From NCBI GenBank assembly GCA_023205875.1, contig CP060758.1:682001-746000 (forward strand): a DNA stretch of 64,000 bases, given 5' to 3'. Source of the stretch: Chloropicon primus. Lineage: Eukaryota. The position numbers and the translations under genes were made by a program. Positions 51,601-59,404 of this stretch are shown here, in pieces (the first letter of the stretch is position 1; every line of letters starts with the position of its first letter). The notes beneath the pieces were generated by a model. It was given only the letters and a program-made list of their open reading frames with translations. It was not told the origin of the DNA and made no database searches.

Positions 51601-52386
51601 GGGGAGACCAAGGAGGAAGTGCTGAGAGCCGGGCTGACTGTGAGCATCATCAAGGCGAAAAAATCGAAGGGCGAGGCGGCAGGGGGAGAAAGCCAGCCTG
51701 ACGAGCCCAAGCAGTACATCGACTACGAGGTCATCAAATCTTGGGATGTGATGAACCTCTTGACGGTTCCTGCCTTCAACATCGAGAGCCTGGAGAACGA
51801 CTCCGGGAACTACATGATTCAGGTCATGCTGGACCCCGACAGGTGCAACTTCAAGCTGCAAGCGAACGGGGAGTCTAGCGTGCCCCTTCAGTGGAAGCTC
51901 CACGTCAACTCCACGAGCAAGTCCCTCGAGATCACGAAGGATGACTCCAGGGAGGTTTACTTCCAGTCGGTGCTGGACATTTGGAACAACGTGGAGAGCA
52001 ACCCAACCAAGAGGTCCGCGGCGGCCTTGAAGTCCTTGGACGACTACGAGGAGAAGCTGAGGTCGGAGGAGCCTCAGGACGAGGTCCACAGGACAGGAAA
52101 GGACGGTGCCGACGTCCTTCTGAGCCCATCCAAGCACAAGAGACGGATTCAAAGCACGACGAGCATGGAGGAGAGGGTCCTGCACGAGCTCAACCTCGAG
52201 GAAGTCGATCCCGTTGCCGAGGATGTTAGGAAATCGAACAAGGAGGAGAAAGCCATGAGGAGTTCCATGAGGAAGAGCGACACGGAAGCCGCTCTCAAGT
52301 CCATCATGGAGGTCAGGAACAGAGGCCTCTCGAGTCTGAACACAACCACAAAAAGCAAGAAGCAAACCGATGAAGCGACTGACTGA
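45667..52386 (+). CDS. FAP42: FAP42-like giant protein: calpain-like domain, five guanylate-kinase-like domains and one adenylate kinase domain
   Basis: GKYSVKMY..WRRVDIDDRIP..LWPLLLTKA (calpain core); P-loops near 46471, 47146, 47797, 48424 and 50251 (GK) and 49138 (ADK, with GWLLDGFP). Architecture matches the Chlamydomonas central-pair protein FAP42 as I recall it. Confidence 0.75.
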   Translation: MAVVEVEDRLWKLLEEHFPVWNQAEADAMKAEDSAEKYEDEFGTLTPKFLVNYIDCWKRPDSLVTNNPDVAMVTFEEDDDSRRNVKGEMFAGNDKGFEWLVAVMMAIRNKSSSIAQNDYLWESIYPKDKATDLPQVNPAGKYSVKMYFMKEWRRVDIDDRIPVDLFGRPLPVGIRPIQLWPLLLTKAVLKLMAAFGVLEKTSPCDVPAFTWLTSWPTESLESPNINNGTGSLYDRLCDAKINDNIVVTCCLKERAASDRPPPRMVVLCGPSGVGIGKIVERVLENHSDSFGRCVSHTTRRPMEHEVFGLSYNFVDEDTIKAMDEEHKFLECNKIEKYSKVFPGTYHYATSLSTVREIAAAGKLCITAIDLQGCTDLYNREGVDALYVFVEPPTIEFLEKKLTLRLKEAESTVQKRMDYAEKEIKDCEELGSFDHDIVTEDYETFFMEVKEAISVLSPIIRNRIRGLPPYLLDYSDLIPSNSVEKPDVKPVIIAGPDDEVNDKIIAALIEEFPDVFGFALRYTNNEELATPEDKEEDIIKQRYKYLPDEEFQATKGKGGFAYQNSDLFVHESLVKEYGTTMEEIQKCIDQSRLCILKTTVAGTKMIKDKGMDVLSIFLSPPNMDTHMSRLRTYLAEPRSAIQSMLDEASEMRKKAEEMGIFDKFIVSEDADKAFGDLKKTISEYRPDIIPPMLEEVEEDGEKTIQPPVVLCGPPGVRKSTLAKNLVKAYPDKFECCVSYTTRAAQAGEVDGEDYHFVDKKKMDTLLSETGACLENSQVLGNVYATPVEGVKAIAEKGKICVINVDLEGLEQIRQSEIYPGMTYIFVGPPAMETFEMRLKERIAEKTETEETVQKKVEFATAEMEKYTSLTATTTEGEESSPFSFEATMVFNDDESALSELVHVLSKGKMVEPIAKPVFVCGPVGCGKHELITHLFKMFPGKFAAPLIHTSREPSEKEKQEESDYVFVSRDFFEDGVACGKLLYQEEALDQLYGLAVESVEQICKLGKVPIIDVDTVEQAKQIKGVDSESLFIFVGPKSLDDVKEKLALELERTQPPGYSVEEALGMRLEFIKAQMEAVNGAAENLFDSSIQVTAREMVQLEVQAKEQVGNVSYHKLLECISHYVPQQISQPQVWGYGQQLWDKDVRQYGQMQLKVIILGPAGSGKTTQCKLISQKYQIPIISPGLLLYEEVQNKTEIGLEAKVYMDSTRTVPEELIVRVIKNRIAKPDCQLQGWLLDGFPHTTKEADALTSAGVIPDKVVFLESRQDVLLWRCKGRRIDPSNPHDVYFLPPNSDETPPNVLSDGTASKAIMPLNAGGEEDQAASCRLTIRHDDTEENFRNRIHKYDIYTAGIKAEYNATSIYVPGGDSGIPEGEDKLNWHRLSPQELHGSIVEFLTIEDTREKDMDITESKKLVECQYCISDTVKFRRKCFVRLQQQTGPFLGRAFWCDIDDICSNTFCINFNHNAREIENWKDINTGDVAVRDRTYVLHMESEEPVRLLATFSLAPQYSLRDSPDVSPPEVAPLLFICGPSGVGKSTLINMLLEGFPDKFAYIKRRTSHKASAERYVRDLTYSDKDFMEENIRKSLFLEYNEVDGDYYGTYKADLEDVVGKMCIFRTDTKSVKEIKAGSSIKKLFIFIAPKSLEALDRRLRERGADDEQSIQSKLALGEEEMALVKEQGIFDHVIVNDDISSSYMSLLSVVSNLWPKNNLSKTCNASVGLFSFSPQEKVKANLTKLSTKIEQSVVMDFLRGEHMLQLSVDKNFAYNFNVVSMTPFSIKDDYVILKEEKDFKTFEISGNYIEQEPRAWSIWFRRKVEIKRKTLITLRLHALDHRMKSHMHLEVVNNDDASVETIFLTTETAPMMFEPNERGYNIMGYSRNSGTDSLDASSWKFITYSDDQDFELQECHSDNTEVLTDSYGANVNFLVCRYVLNLTEWTQISFMAEVLAEGEDKGEDKGEDKGEDKGETKEKEEEEGETKGETKEEVLRAGLTVSIIKAKKSKGEAAGGESQPDEPKQYIDYEVIKSWDVMNLLTVPAFNIESLENDSGNYMIQVMLDPDRCNFKLQANGESSVPLQWKLHVNSTSKSLEITKDDSREVYFQSVLDIWNNVESNPTKRSAAALKSLDDYEEKLRSEEPQDEVHRTGKDGADVLLSPSKHKRRIQSTTSMEERVLHELNLEEVDPVAEDVRKSNKEEKAMRSSMRKSDTEAALKSIMEVRNRGLSSLNTTTKSKKQTDEATD
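51511..51570 (+). repeat. Coding 12-bp tandem repeat (GEDK)x4 + GETK
   Basis: GGGGAGGACAAG four times, then GGGGAGACCAAG. Confidence 0.95.
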
Positions 52387-52782
52387 GCATCCTCTGTTGG
52401 GAGGGAGGACTATATAAACACAACCTGAAAAACAAACGTTGTTGTCGTTTTTATCCGAACCAACCAACCAACCATTCCACTCATGAGAAACCTCTTCTCA
52501 TTTAGAAAAGGTAAAATCGAGAAAAGACGTCGTAACGGCCGGTCGAGGCAGAGACTTGGGGAACGAGAGAGAGAGAGAGAGAGAGAGAGACCGCAAGAGA
52601 GAGGTCGCGCGCGACGCTGGCGTGAGAAGGTTGAGTGAGGGGAAAGACGGCTTAGGGCGCGTGTCTAGATCTTGAGCATCCCGTGTGCGACGCGCCAAGT
52701 GCGACGCGCGCGCGGTTGATCTTGTTCTTCGCTTGACACACCGACGAGGGTTTGGGGTTTTCGTGGGTGGACGACGACGAGG

Positions 52783-55041
52783 ATGAGAGTCGAAGGAGGC
52801 GCGGTCCGAGAGCGCGAGGGCGAGGAGGCAGGCCCGGAGGGGGGTGCAGGGGGAGAGGCCCGTGAGAACGGCACCTTGGCGGGTGCCGACGCTGGGTTGC
52901 CGGGACAGGGAGGTGGCGACCCCGTGCGAGAGGCGGGAGCCGTGGAGGCGACGATTGGAGGCGACGGCAAGGGAGGAGCCCCCGGGCACCCTCCCTTGCC
53001 GTCGACCCCCGAGGAGACGGGCCCTGCGCTCCCGAGGTTCAACTTTCTCGGAGCGCCCACGGACACTTACGTGGCGAGGGGGAGGGATGCGGGCCAGAGA
53101 ACCTTTGAGATCAACGCCGGCGACCTCAGCCCGCTGTGCGACGGCAAGTACGAGGCCGAGGAGGTTGGGTCCGTCTTCGAGGACGACGACCGAGGAGCCA
53201 TCGAGAGGCCTGACCCACTGCGCCCCCCAAAAGATGGCACCCGGGTCGCGGTCTTCAGAGAAGTCTCGGCCGAGTACGAGAAGGGCAGGAAATGCGCCTT
53301 CAAGCTGGAGGACTACGTGTACACCGTACCAAGAGCGCAGGGCGAGCCCATGCACGTCAGCAAGATTGCCGGCTTCCTGTCCTACGCATCTGGACGGGAC
53401 CCAGGCGAGGACGCCGGGGACAGGGTTGAGGGAGGAGCAGTGCAGACCGATGTTGTTCTTCTGCAGAGATACTTGAGGGCCAACAACAGCAAGCTAAAGA
53501 CCCTGGGAATCACTGGCCTCCTTCCCGGCGAGGTGTTTGAGACGAAGTGGTTTTCCTTCAGGCGCGTCGAGGAAATATTCAAGCACGCTTTGGTGGTGAA
53601 GCAGGAGCTCTCCGACTTGTTTCCCGCCAACGGAAACCCCTCCTCGTCAGAATCTCACATCTGCAGGTACGCGTACGACCACGCGCAGCGAAGCGTGAAG
53701 CCAGTGATTCCACCATCTCCGCTACACTTAGACGTGGCGATGACGACGACGGAGGAGGCAAATCCCGGAATCACCCCAAGCCAGGAGGGAACGGTCAAGG
53801 CGCTGGAATTGATAGGCGGCTTGGACGCTGCCGCGGATATTGACCACTCGAATGCGACGTCCAATGCAGGAGAGAGTGACATGGAAGAGGACGTCATCCG
53901 AGAGAGTCCTGTTCCAGCCAGCCCAAGCGAGCCAGCCCCAACTCCCTCTCCTGCTTCGAAGAAGAGAAGCGCGTCTGAGATGTCTCAAAATGGAGTGCTC
54001 CCGTTCCCCCTAAAGCTGTCGGGAGGACATTTGAGGAATCGATGGACGCAAGAAAGATATGAGAATGGGCAGCGTTTTCTTTTTCTGGCAATGATGAACA
54101 AGAAGGCGTTCAGCAGGGAGCAGGCCTTGAACAGGCATGCCCTCCGAAACGGCGTGAAAGCCATGGGCATAGGGGACCTCGGCCTTGTGGACCACGTCAT
54201 CAAGACGGTCACTGAGCAGCCCGTGGTCTTCTCCGGGCATTACATAAAGAAGCAGCATAACTTGAAGGGCATCCTTGAGTACTGGCTCACCACAGAGACG
54301 CCCCCGGCAGTGGTGGAGAAATTGGATCGGAAGCACGCTTCCGGAAAAGCGAGGAAAGATGTCCCTCCCCCGCCGGAGGCAAGTGCATTGAATGGTGAGG
54401 GCATAGAGGCATCGAAGACGATGCTGGCTGCGTTGAAAGACATACGCACCACACTCGCTGTGCTGAACGACAGGGTGGCGAAGATTTCCGCAAATGGCGC
54501 TGCCGACCAGTTGAATGGCACGACAAAGGAGGCAGAGCTGACGTATCAGATTGTGCTCCAGAACGCTGAGGAGGAGGTGAAGAAGAAACTTTTGGCCGCG
54601 TTCACAGCAGAGCTTGAAACCATGTTGAGGCCAAACCAGGAAGAAATGATGAGGTTGAGGCAAGAAGTCCAGGGCCGAGTTGATTCTTGCATCGCGGCCG
54701 AGAGAGAAAACACGAAAAAAATTCAAAGGCTCGATGGCCAAGTGGCAAAGAGCGCGCAAAGTCTGCAGGACGTAAAGACTGATCTAGCAAAGGTAAAGAA
54801 GGATGGGAAGAGTCGGAAGGTCACAGACGCTCTTGCAAGCAAGGGGGAGATGGAAAATTTCAGGACGGACATAATGATCATGAAAGCACAGCACGAGCTC
54901 TTTCTTGCCGAGGGGAGCGCGAGGATGGACGAGCTGATGAAACAAAACATCGCGCTGAGAGAGGAAATCGAAGAACTCAAGAGAACCAAAGACGCGCGGA
55001 TGGCGCCCGCCGAACAAGGCTACGGAATAAGTTTCAAATAA
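52783..55041 (+). CDS. SWI1/DYAD/AMEIOTIC1-domain protein with N-terminal BAH-like domain and C-terminal coiled coil
   Basis: RWTQERY...RHALR...IGDLGLVDHVIK...HNLKGILEYWL matches the DYAD/AM1 core; FKLEDYVY...EVFET...ICRYAYD resembles BAH. Confidence 0.8.
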   Translation: MRVEGGAVREREGEEAGPEGGAGGEARENGTLAGADAGLPGQGGGDPVREAGAVEATIGGDGKGGAPGHPPLPSTPEETGPALPRFNFLGAPTDTYVARGRDAGQRTFEINAGDLSPLCDGKYEAEEVGSVFEDDDRGAIERPDPLRPPKDGTRVAVFREVSAEYEKGRKCAFKLEDYVYTVPRAQGEPMHVSKIAGFLSYASGRDPGEDAGDRVEGGAVQTDVVLLQRYLRANNSKLKTLGITGLLPGEVFETKWFSFRRVEEIFKHALVVKQELSDLFPANGNPSSSESHICRYAYDHAQRSVKPVIPPSPLHLDVAMTTTEEANPGITPSQEGTVKALELIGGLDAAADIDHSNATSNAGESDMEEDVIRESPVPASPSEPAPTPSPASKKRSASEMSQNGVLPFPLKLSGGHLRNRWTQERYENGQRFLFLAMMNKKAFSREQALNRHALRNGVKAMGIGDLGLVDHVIKTVTEQPVVFSGHYIKKQHNLKGILEYWLTTETPPAVVEKLDRKHASGKARKDVPPPPEASALNGEGIEASKTMLAALKDIRTTLAVLNDRVAKISANGAADQLNGTTKEAELTYQIVLQNAEEEVKKKLLAAFTAELETMLRPNQEEMMRLRQEVQGRVDSCIAAERENTKKIQRLDGQVAKSAQSLQDVKTDLAKVKKDGKSRKVTDALASKGEMENFRTDIMIMKAQHELFLAEGSARMDELMKQNIALREEIEELKRTKDARMAPAEQGYGISFK

Positions 55042-55086
55042 GGTGTTTTTTAATAAGTTTCAAATCGTGTTTGCAAAACACTGGTC

Positions 55087-58000
55087 CTAGCCCAACGAGG
55101 ACGCGAGTTCTTGCGCCTTGGAGATGGCCTCCTCGAGCTTGTCGATCCCTGGGCCCTGGCCCTGTGCTCTGTTTGGCTTTCCACCACCTTTGCCTCCGCA
55201 GATTGCAAGAGACTCCCTGATCCACTTGGGGGCATCGAACCCCTTGTCCAGGGCCTCCTTTGAGACTCCAGCATAAGCCATGACCTTCTTCTTCTTTGCG
55301 TCAGAACTGAAGACGATCAAGGAGAAGCTAGATTCCGCGGTGAGGGATGCATCCACCGCCTGTTGCAAGGCTTTGTTGTCCAGGCCGACGTCAATCGTCA
55401 GAACTCCAGCTTTCTTCCCTTCGCCAGCCATCTTCTTCACGCTCTCCACGGCCGTCTCCACAGCCTTCTTCTTGTTTCCTGCTGCGGCCTTCTTCGCCAT
55501 GTCAATGATCTTCCTGGCATGCTTGTCAAGAACACCCCTGATCTCGTTCTTCGCCACGACGGGAATAACGGCCTGGTCTACCTCAGCCCTCATATTGTTC
55601 AACTCTGCCTGCAGCGCAGTAGCGTCCTTGACGCCATCAAGCTTTCCTGCTTTCGTCTTGAGCTCGCTTCCTCTCTTGTGCGCCTCCGTGGCCAGCTTGC
55701 CAGTCGCGGCGGCGATTCTCCTCACGCCCTTTGCAATGCCTTCCTCCGACAAAATCGCAAACGACTCGGCCTCCTTTGTGTTCGCCAAATGCGTGCCTCC
55801 ACAAAACTCAACGCTGTAGTTGTAATTCTCAGGAGACTTTGGATCCTTCAGCAAAGCATCAACAGGCTTTCCGATGGAAACCACTCGTACAGGATCGGGG
55901 TAAGTCTCCCCGAAGACGGCGCGAAGGCCATGGATGTCCTTTCCATCCTTCAGCGACACTTCCTTGTAGAAGACCTGCAGTCCCTTGTCGATGTCCCCCT
56001 TGATCTGCTTCTCAATCTTGCTCAATTTCTTGGCATCCACAGGCTTATTGTTGTTGAAGTCAAAGCGAAGCTTCTCATCGTCCACAAGGGAACCCTTCTG
56101 CTGCACATCCTCACTGACGTTGGCTCTCAGAGCAAGGTTCAACAAGTGCGTGCAGGTGTGATTGTTGGATATCTTGTGGCGTCTCGTGTAATCGACCTTG
56201 ACGGTGCACGAGTCTCCCTTGCATGCCGAGCCCTTCTGCAGCTTTCCGATATGGAAGACATATCCCGCAGCCGTCTTCGCGTCCATCACCTGGAACGTAG
56301 CTTTTCCCCCGTTGATCTCAATGACACCACTGTCAGCAACCTGACCTCCCATCTCGGCGTAGAAGGACGTTGCATCAACGACCAGGGCAACGACCTCGTC
56401 TCCCTCGACCTTATCAATGAATGAATTAGACTTGGAAGAAAGAATTGCGCAGACCTTTGCCGCGACGTCCTTGTCCGAGAACTTGTGGTTGTCCTGAGTG
56501 GGGGCCAACTTCAAGACGTCCTTCAGGTGCGCGGTTTGCTCTGACTCAATTCGCAATCCTGCACCAGCGCCGCCCTTGTTCTTACCACCTGCTCTGGACT
56601 TCTCCTTCGCTTCCTCCATGGCAGCGTTGAATCCGTCCATGTCCACACCCATCTTGTACTCCTCCGCCATGAGCTGGGTCAAATCCACAGGGAAACCAAA
56701 GGTATCCCACAGCACAAACGCCTCTGCGCCGGCGAGCATTGGTGTCTTGGTGGACTTGGAGGCCTTGTGGTCCTCCAGGACCTGCTTGGAGGCCTTCTTG
56801 AACCTTTCGATTCCCTTGGTCAGAGTCCTGCCAAAGCTCTTTTCCTCCTCGGCAATGATTTCAGTAATCTTTGCCTGGTGTTTCTCAAGCTCCGGGAAGA
56901 CGTCGCCCATGACGCGGACCACGATCGGCACGAGCTTGGAGAAGAATCCCTCTTTCGCTTTCAGGACCTCCCTTCCGTACCTCACGGCTCTTCTGAGGAC
57001 TCTCCTCAGCACGTATTCCCTGCCCTCGTTTCCAGGTCTCGCGCCATCAGCGATACTGATGCAGAGCGTCCTGATGTGGTCAGCGATGACTCTATAGGCC
57101 ATGTCCACATTGTCAGGATCCTCCACAGGCCCAACGCCCCCGCGGTACTCCCTCGGGGCTTGGGTGAGCGTCTGGATCTCATCGAAGATTGGGACGAATA
57201 TATCGGTGTCGTAGTTTGACATCTTGTTCTGAAGAACGCTCGCAATCCTCTCGAAACCCATTCCAGTGTCCACGTGCTTGTTTGGCAGCGGCTTGAGCTT
57301 GCCACTTGGCTCTCTGTTGTACTGTATGAAGACCAGGTTCCAGATCTCGATCACGGATGGGTCGTCCATGTTCACCATCGAGGAAGCGTCCCTTCCGCCA
57401 ACGCGGTCAAAGTGCAGCTCGGTGCAAGGTCCGCAGGGTCCGGTGTCGCCCATCTCCCAGAAGTTGTCCTTCGTTCCGAAGGGCATCACCTGGCTGGCTG
57501 GCAAAATCTTCAGCCAAATGTCTCTAGCTTCGTTGTCAGGCTCCAAGCCCTGCTCCTTGTTCCCTCCAAAGTAGGTGGCGTACATCCTATCCGCCGGCAG
57601 CTTGTAGACCTTTGTGAGCAGCTCCCAAGCCCAGTTGATGGCCTCGACCTTAAAAAAGTCGCCAAAGGACCAGTTTCCAAGCATCTCGAAGAAGGTGTGG
57701 TGGTAAGTGTCCTTGCCCACATCATCCAAGTCGTTGTGCTTTCCTCCTGCCCTGATGCACTTTTGGGTGTTCGTGGCTCTCTTGAGCTTGCCAAGTTGCG
57801 AGTTTGGGTCCGCCTTGCCCATGAAGATGGGCTTGAATTGGTTCATTCCGGCGTTCGCGAAGAGGAGGGTCGGGTCGTCGTGGGGGACGACTGGCGAGCT
57901 CCTCACGAAAGTGTGGCCCTTGAGCTCGAAGAAATCCAAGAAGGCTTGCCTCGTCCTTGCTCCGGACCACTTTTCCTCTCCGAAAATTTCTGGGAACAAC

Positions 58001-58938
58001 CACTTTGCGGGGTTCTCCACCTTTGGGTCCAGCGGATACTCGTACACAAACTCGTCCTTGTCCATCTTGTCCCCGGACAGGAGGTGGCCAATGCTCTCCT
58101 TCATGGCGGGGTGCTGGGCCATGGTGGAGAACCACCTCGACAAGCAAGGGAACTTCTTCGCCTTGTCCTTCTTCTTGAGCATGTAAAGGAAGTAGATCGA
58201 CAAGTCCACGAAGAGAACGATGTCGGCCAGGGTCATGAAATCGCCCACGAGGTACGTGGACTCGCGGAGCTTCGTCTCCATAGCATTCAAGTAGTCGTTC
58301 ATCTTCTTCCTCAGCTCGACGTTCTCCCTCTTGTCCCCCTTCTTGAAGCCCAAGAGCAGGTCAAAGACGTCCTTCACCGTCAGGAAGAGCTCGCAGTCGA
58401 TGTCCAGCCAGCAGTCCACGAGGGCACGGGTCATCGGGTCCCTGGGGTACACGGGCTTGCTCGACACGGCATACTCGTTCTTTCCAGTGCTAAGCCTGCT
58501 CAAAGACTCGTTGCAAAGGTACCTGCAGATGGCATTGCTCTCGACTATCGAGCCGCCCTCAACCTCGAGCGTGGGAACCTGTCCGCGAGGGTTGCGCTCA
58601 AGAAAGGAGGGCGTCGCGTTCGTCTATTTGTTGTTGTTGTGTTGGTGGTGGGTGGTGGTCGGTCCGAATCCAAAAGACCAAAAAGGGGGAAAACAAAAAG
58701 CGAAAAAGCGAAGAGAACGCGGTCAGTTTCCTCGCAAGGGCGTCGACGACCCGACCCGAGGCGGGAGCCACTGCGCCCCGCCCCGGAAGAGAAACCGCAA
58801 GGGGCTCCCTCCTCCCCGATGACTTACCAGTCCGAGCACGACAGGTTTCTCGACCACATCTTTCCACGTCCCGTTCACAAGCGCCGCCGCTTTTATCTTA
58901 TACAGAGACGGTCCCAGCGCGTACAAGGTGTACACCAT
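55087..58938 (-). CDS. AARS: Alanyl-tRNA synthetase with N-terminal GST-like (EF1Bgamma-type) domain; exons 58938-58828 and 58623-55087
   Basis: DPTLLFANAGMNQFK, HHTFFEMLGNWSFG, DTGMGFER, editing HTCTH/CGGTH, C-Ala GGKGGG; N-terminal FLERNPRGQVPTLE...ESNAICRYL and YLVGDFMTLADI. Confidence 0.93.
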
Positions 58939-58947
58939 GATGCCCCT

Positions 58948-58958
58948 TCTCTCTCTCT

Positions 58959-58999
<41 letters not shown>
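58948..58999. repeat. (CT/GA)n microsatellite directly upstream of the AlaRS ATG; similar tracts near 2044, 2092, 4603, 12289, 21064, 21667, 29190 and 52564
   Basis: Dinucleotide runs visible in 5' regions and introns. Confidence 0.9.
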
Positions 59000-59001
<2 letters not shown>

Positions 59002-59300
59002 AGGACCCAAACTGATCGAGCGATCGATCAATCCCCTTTATTGGCGGCCAGGGCTTCACTTTGCGCGTTTCGTCGTCGTCGGTGCCTGATCAGAGGACCA
59101 AGGGGAGGGGAGGTGAGTGCGGAAGGGAACTGGGCGAGGTTCTTTGCGGAGAATCTTTCGATCGATCGAAGCGCCCTCTCGTGTGGTTTCAGCTTTCGTT
59201 TCGTACAGGTTACAGGTTCACCTCTCTCGTCTCGAAAAGGAAGGACGAACTCATGAAAAGTTTGGGACCATCATCTTCATCATCATCTTCAACATCATCA

Positions 59301-59333
<33 letters not shown>

Positions 59334-59404
59334 TGGCTGGGATAGGATAAGCTGACGGGCAGATCATCTGTGTCTGTGTCTTGTGTGTTGTTTGACGCTG
59401 CGGC

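Noticed and set aside
49642..52467. Long antisense ORFs (also 7134-8684, 9899-11719, 23850-25379, 29627-31216, 30878-32479, 32704-34242, 46258-48222, 57274-59256)
   Set aside because: They are shadow ORFs opposite GC3-rich real genes, with L/V/H/G-rich composition and no family motifs.
59269..59333. (TCA)n/(TCG)n tract as a poly-Ser or poly-Val ORF
   Set aside because: Simple trinucleotide microsatellite upstream of the M32 gene with no coding context.
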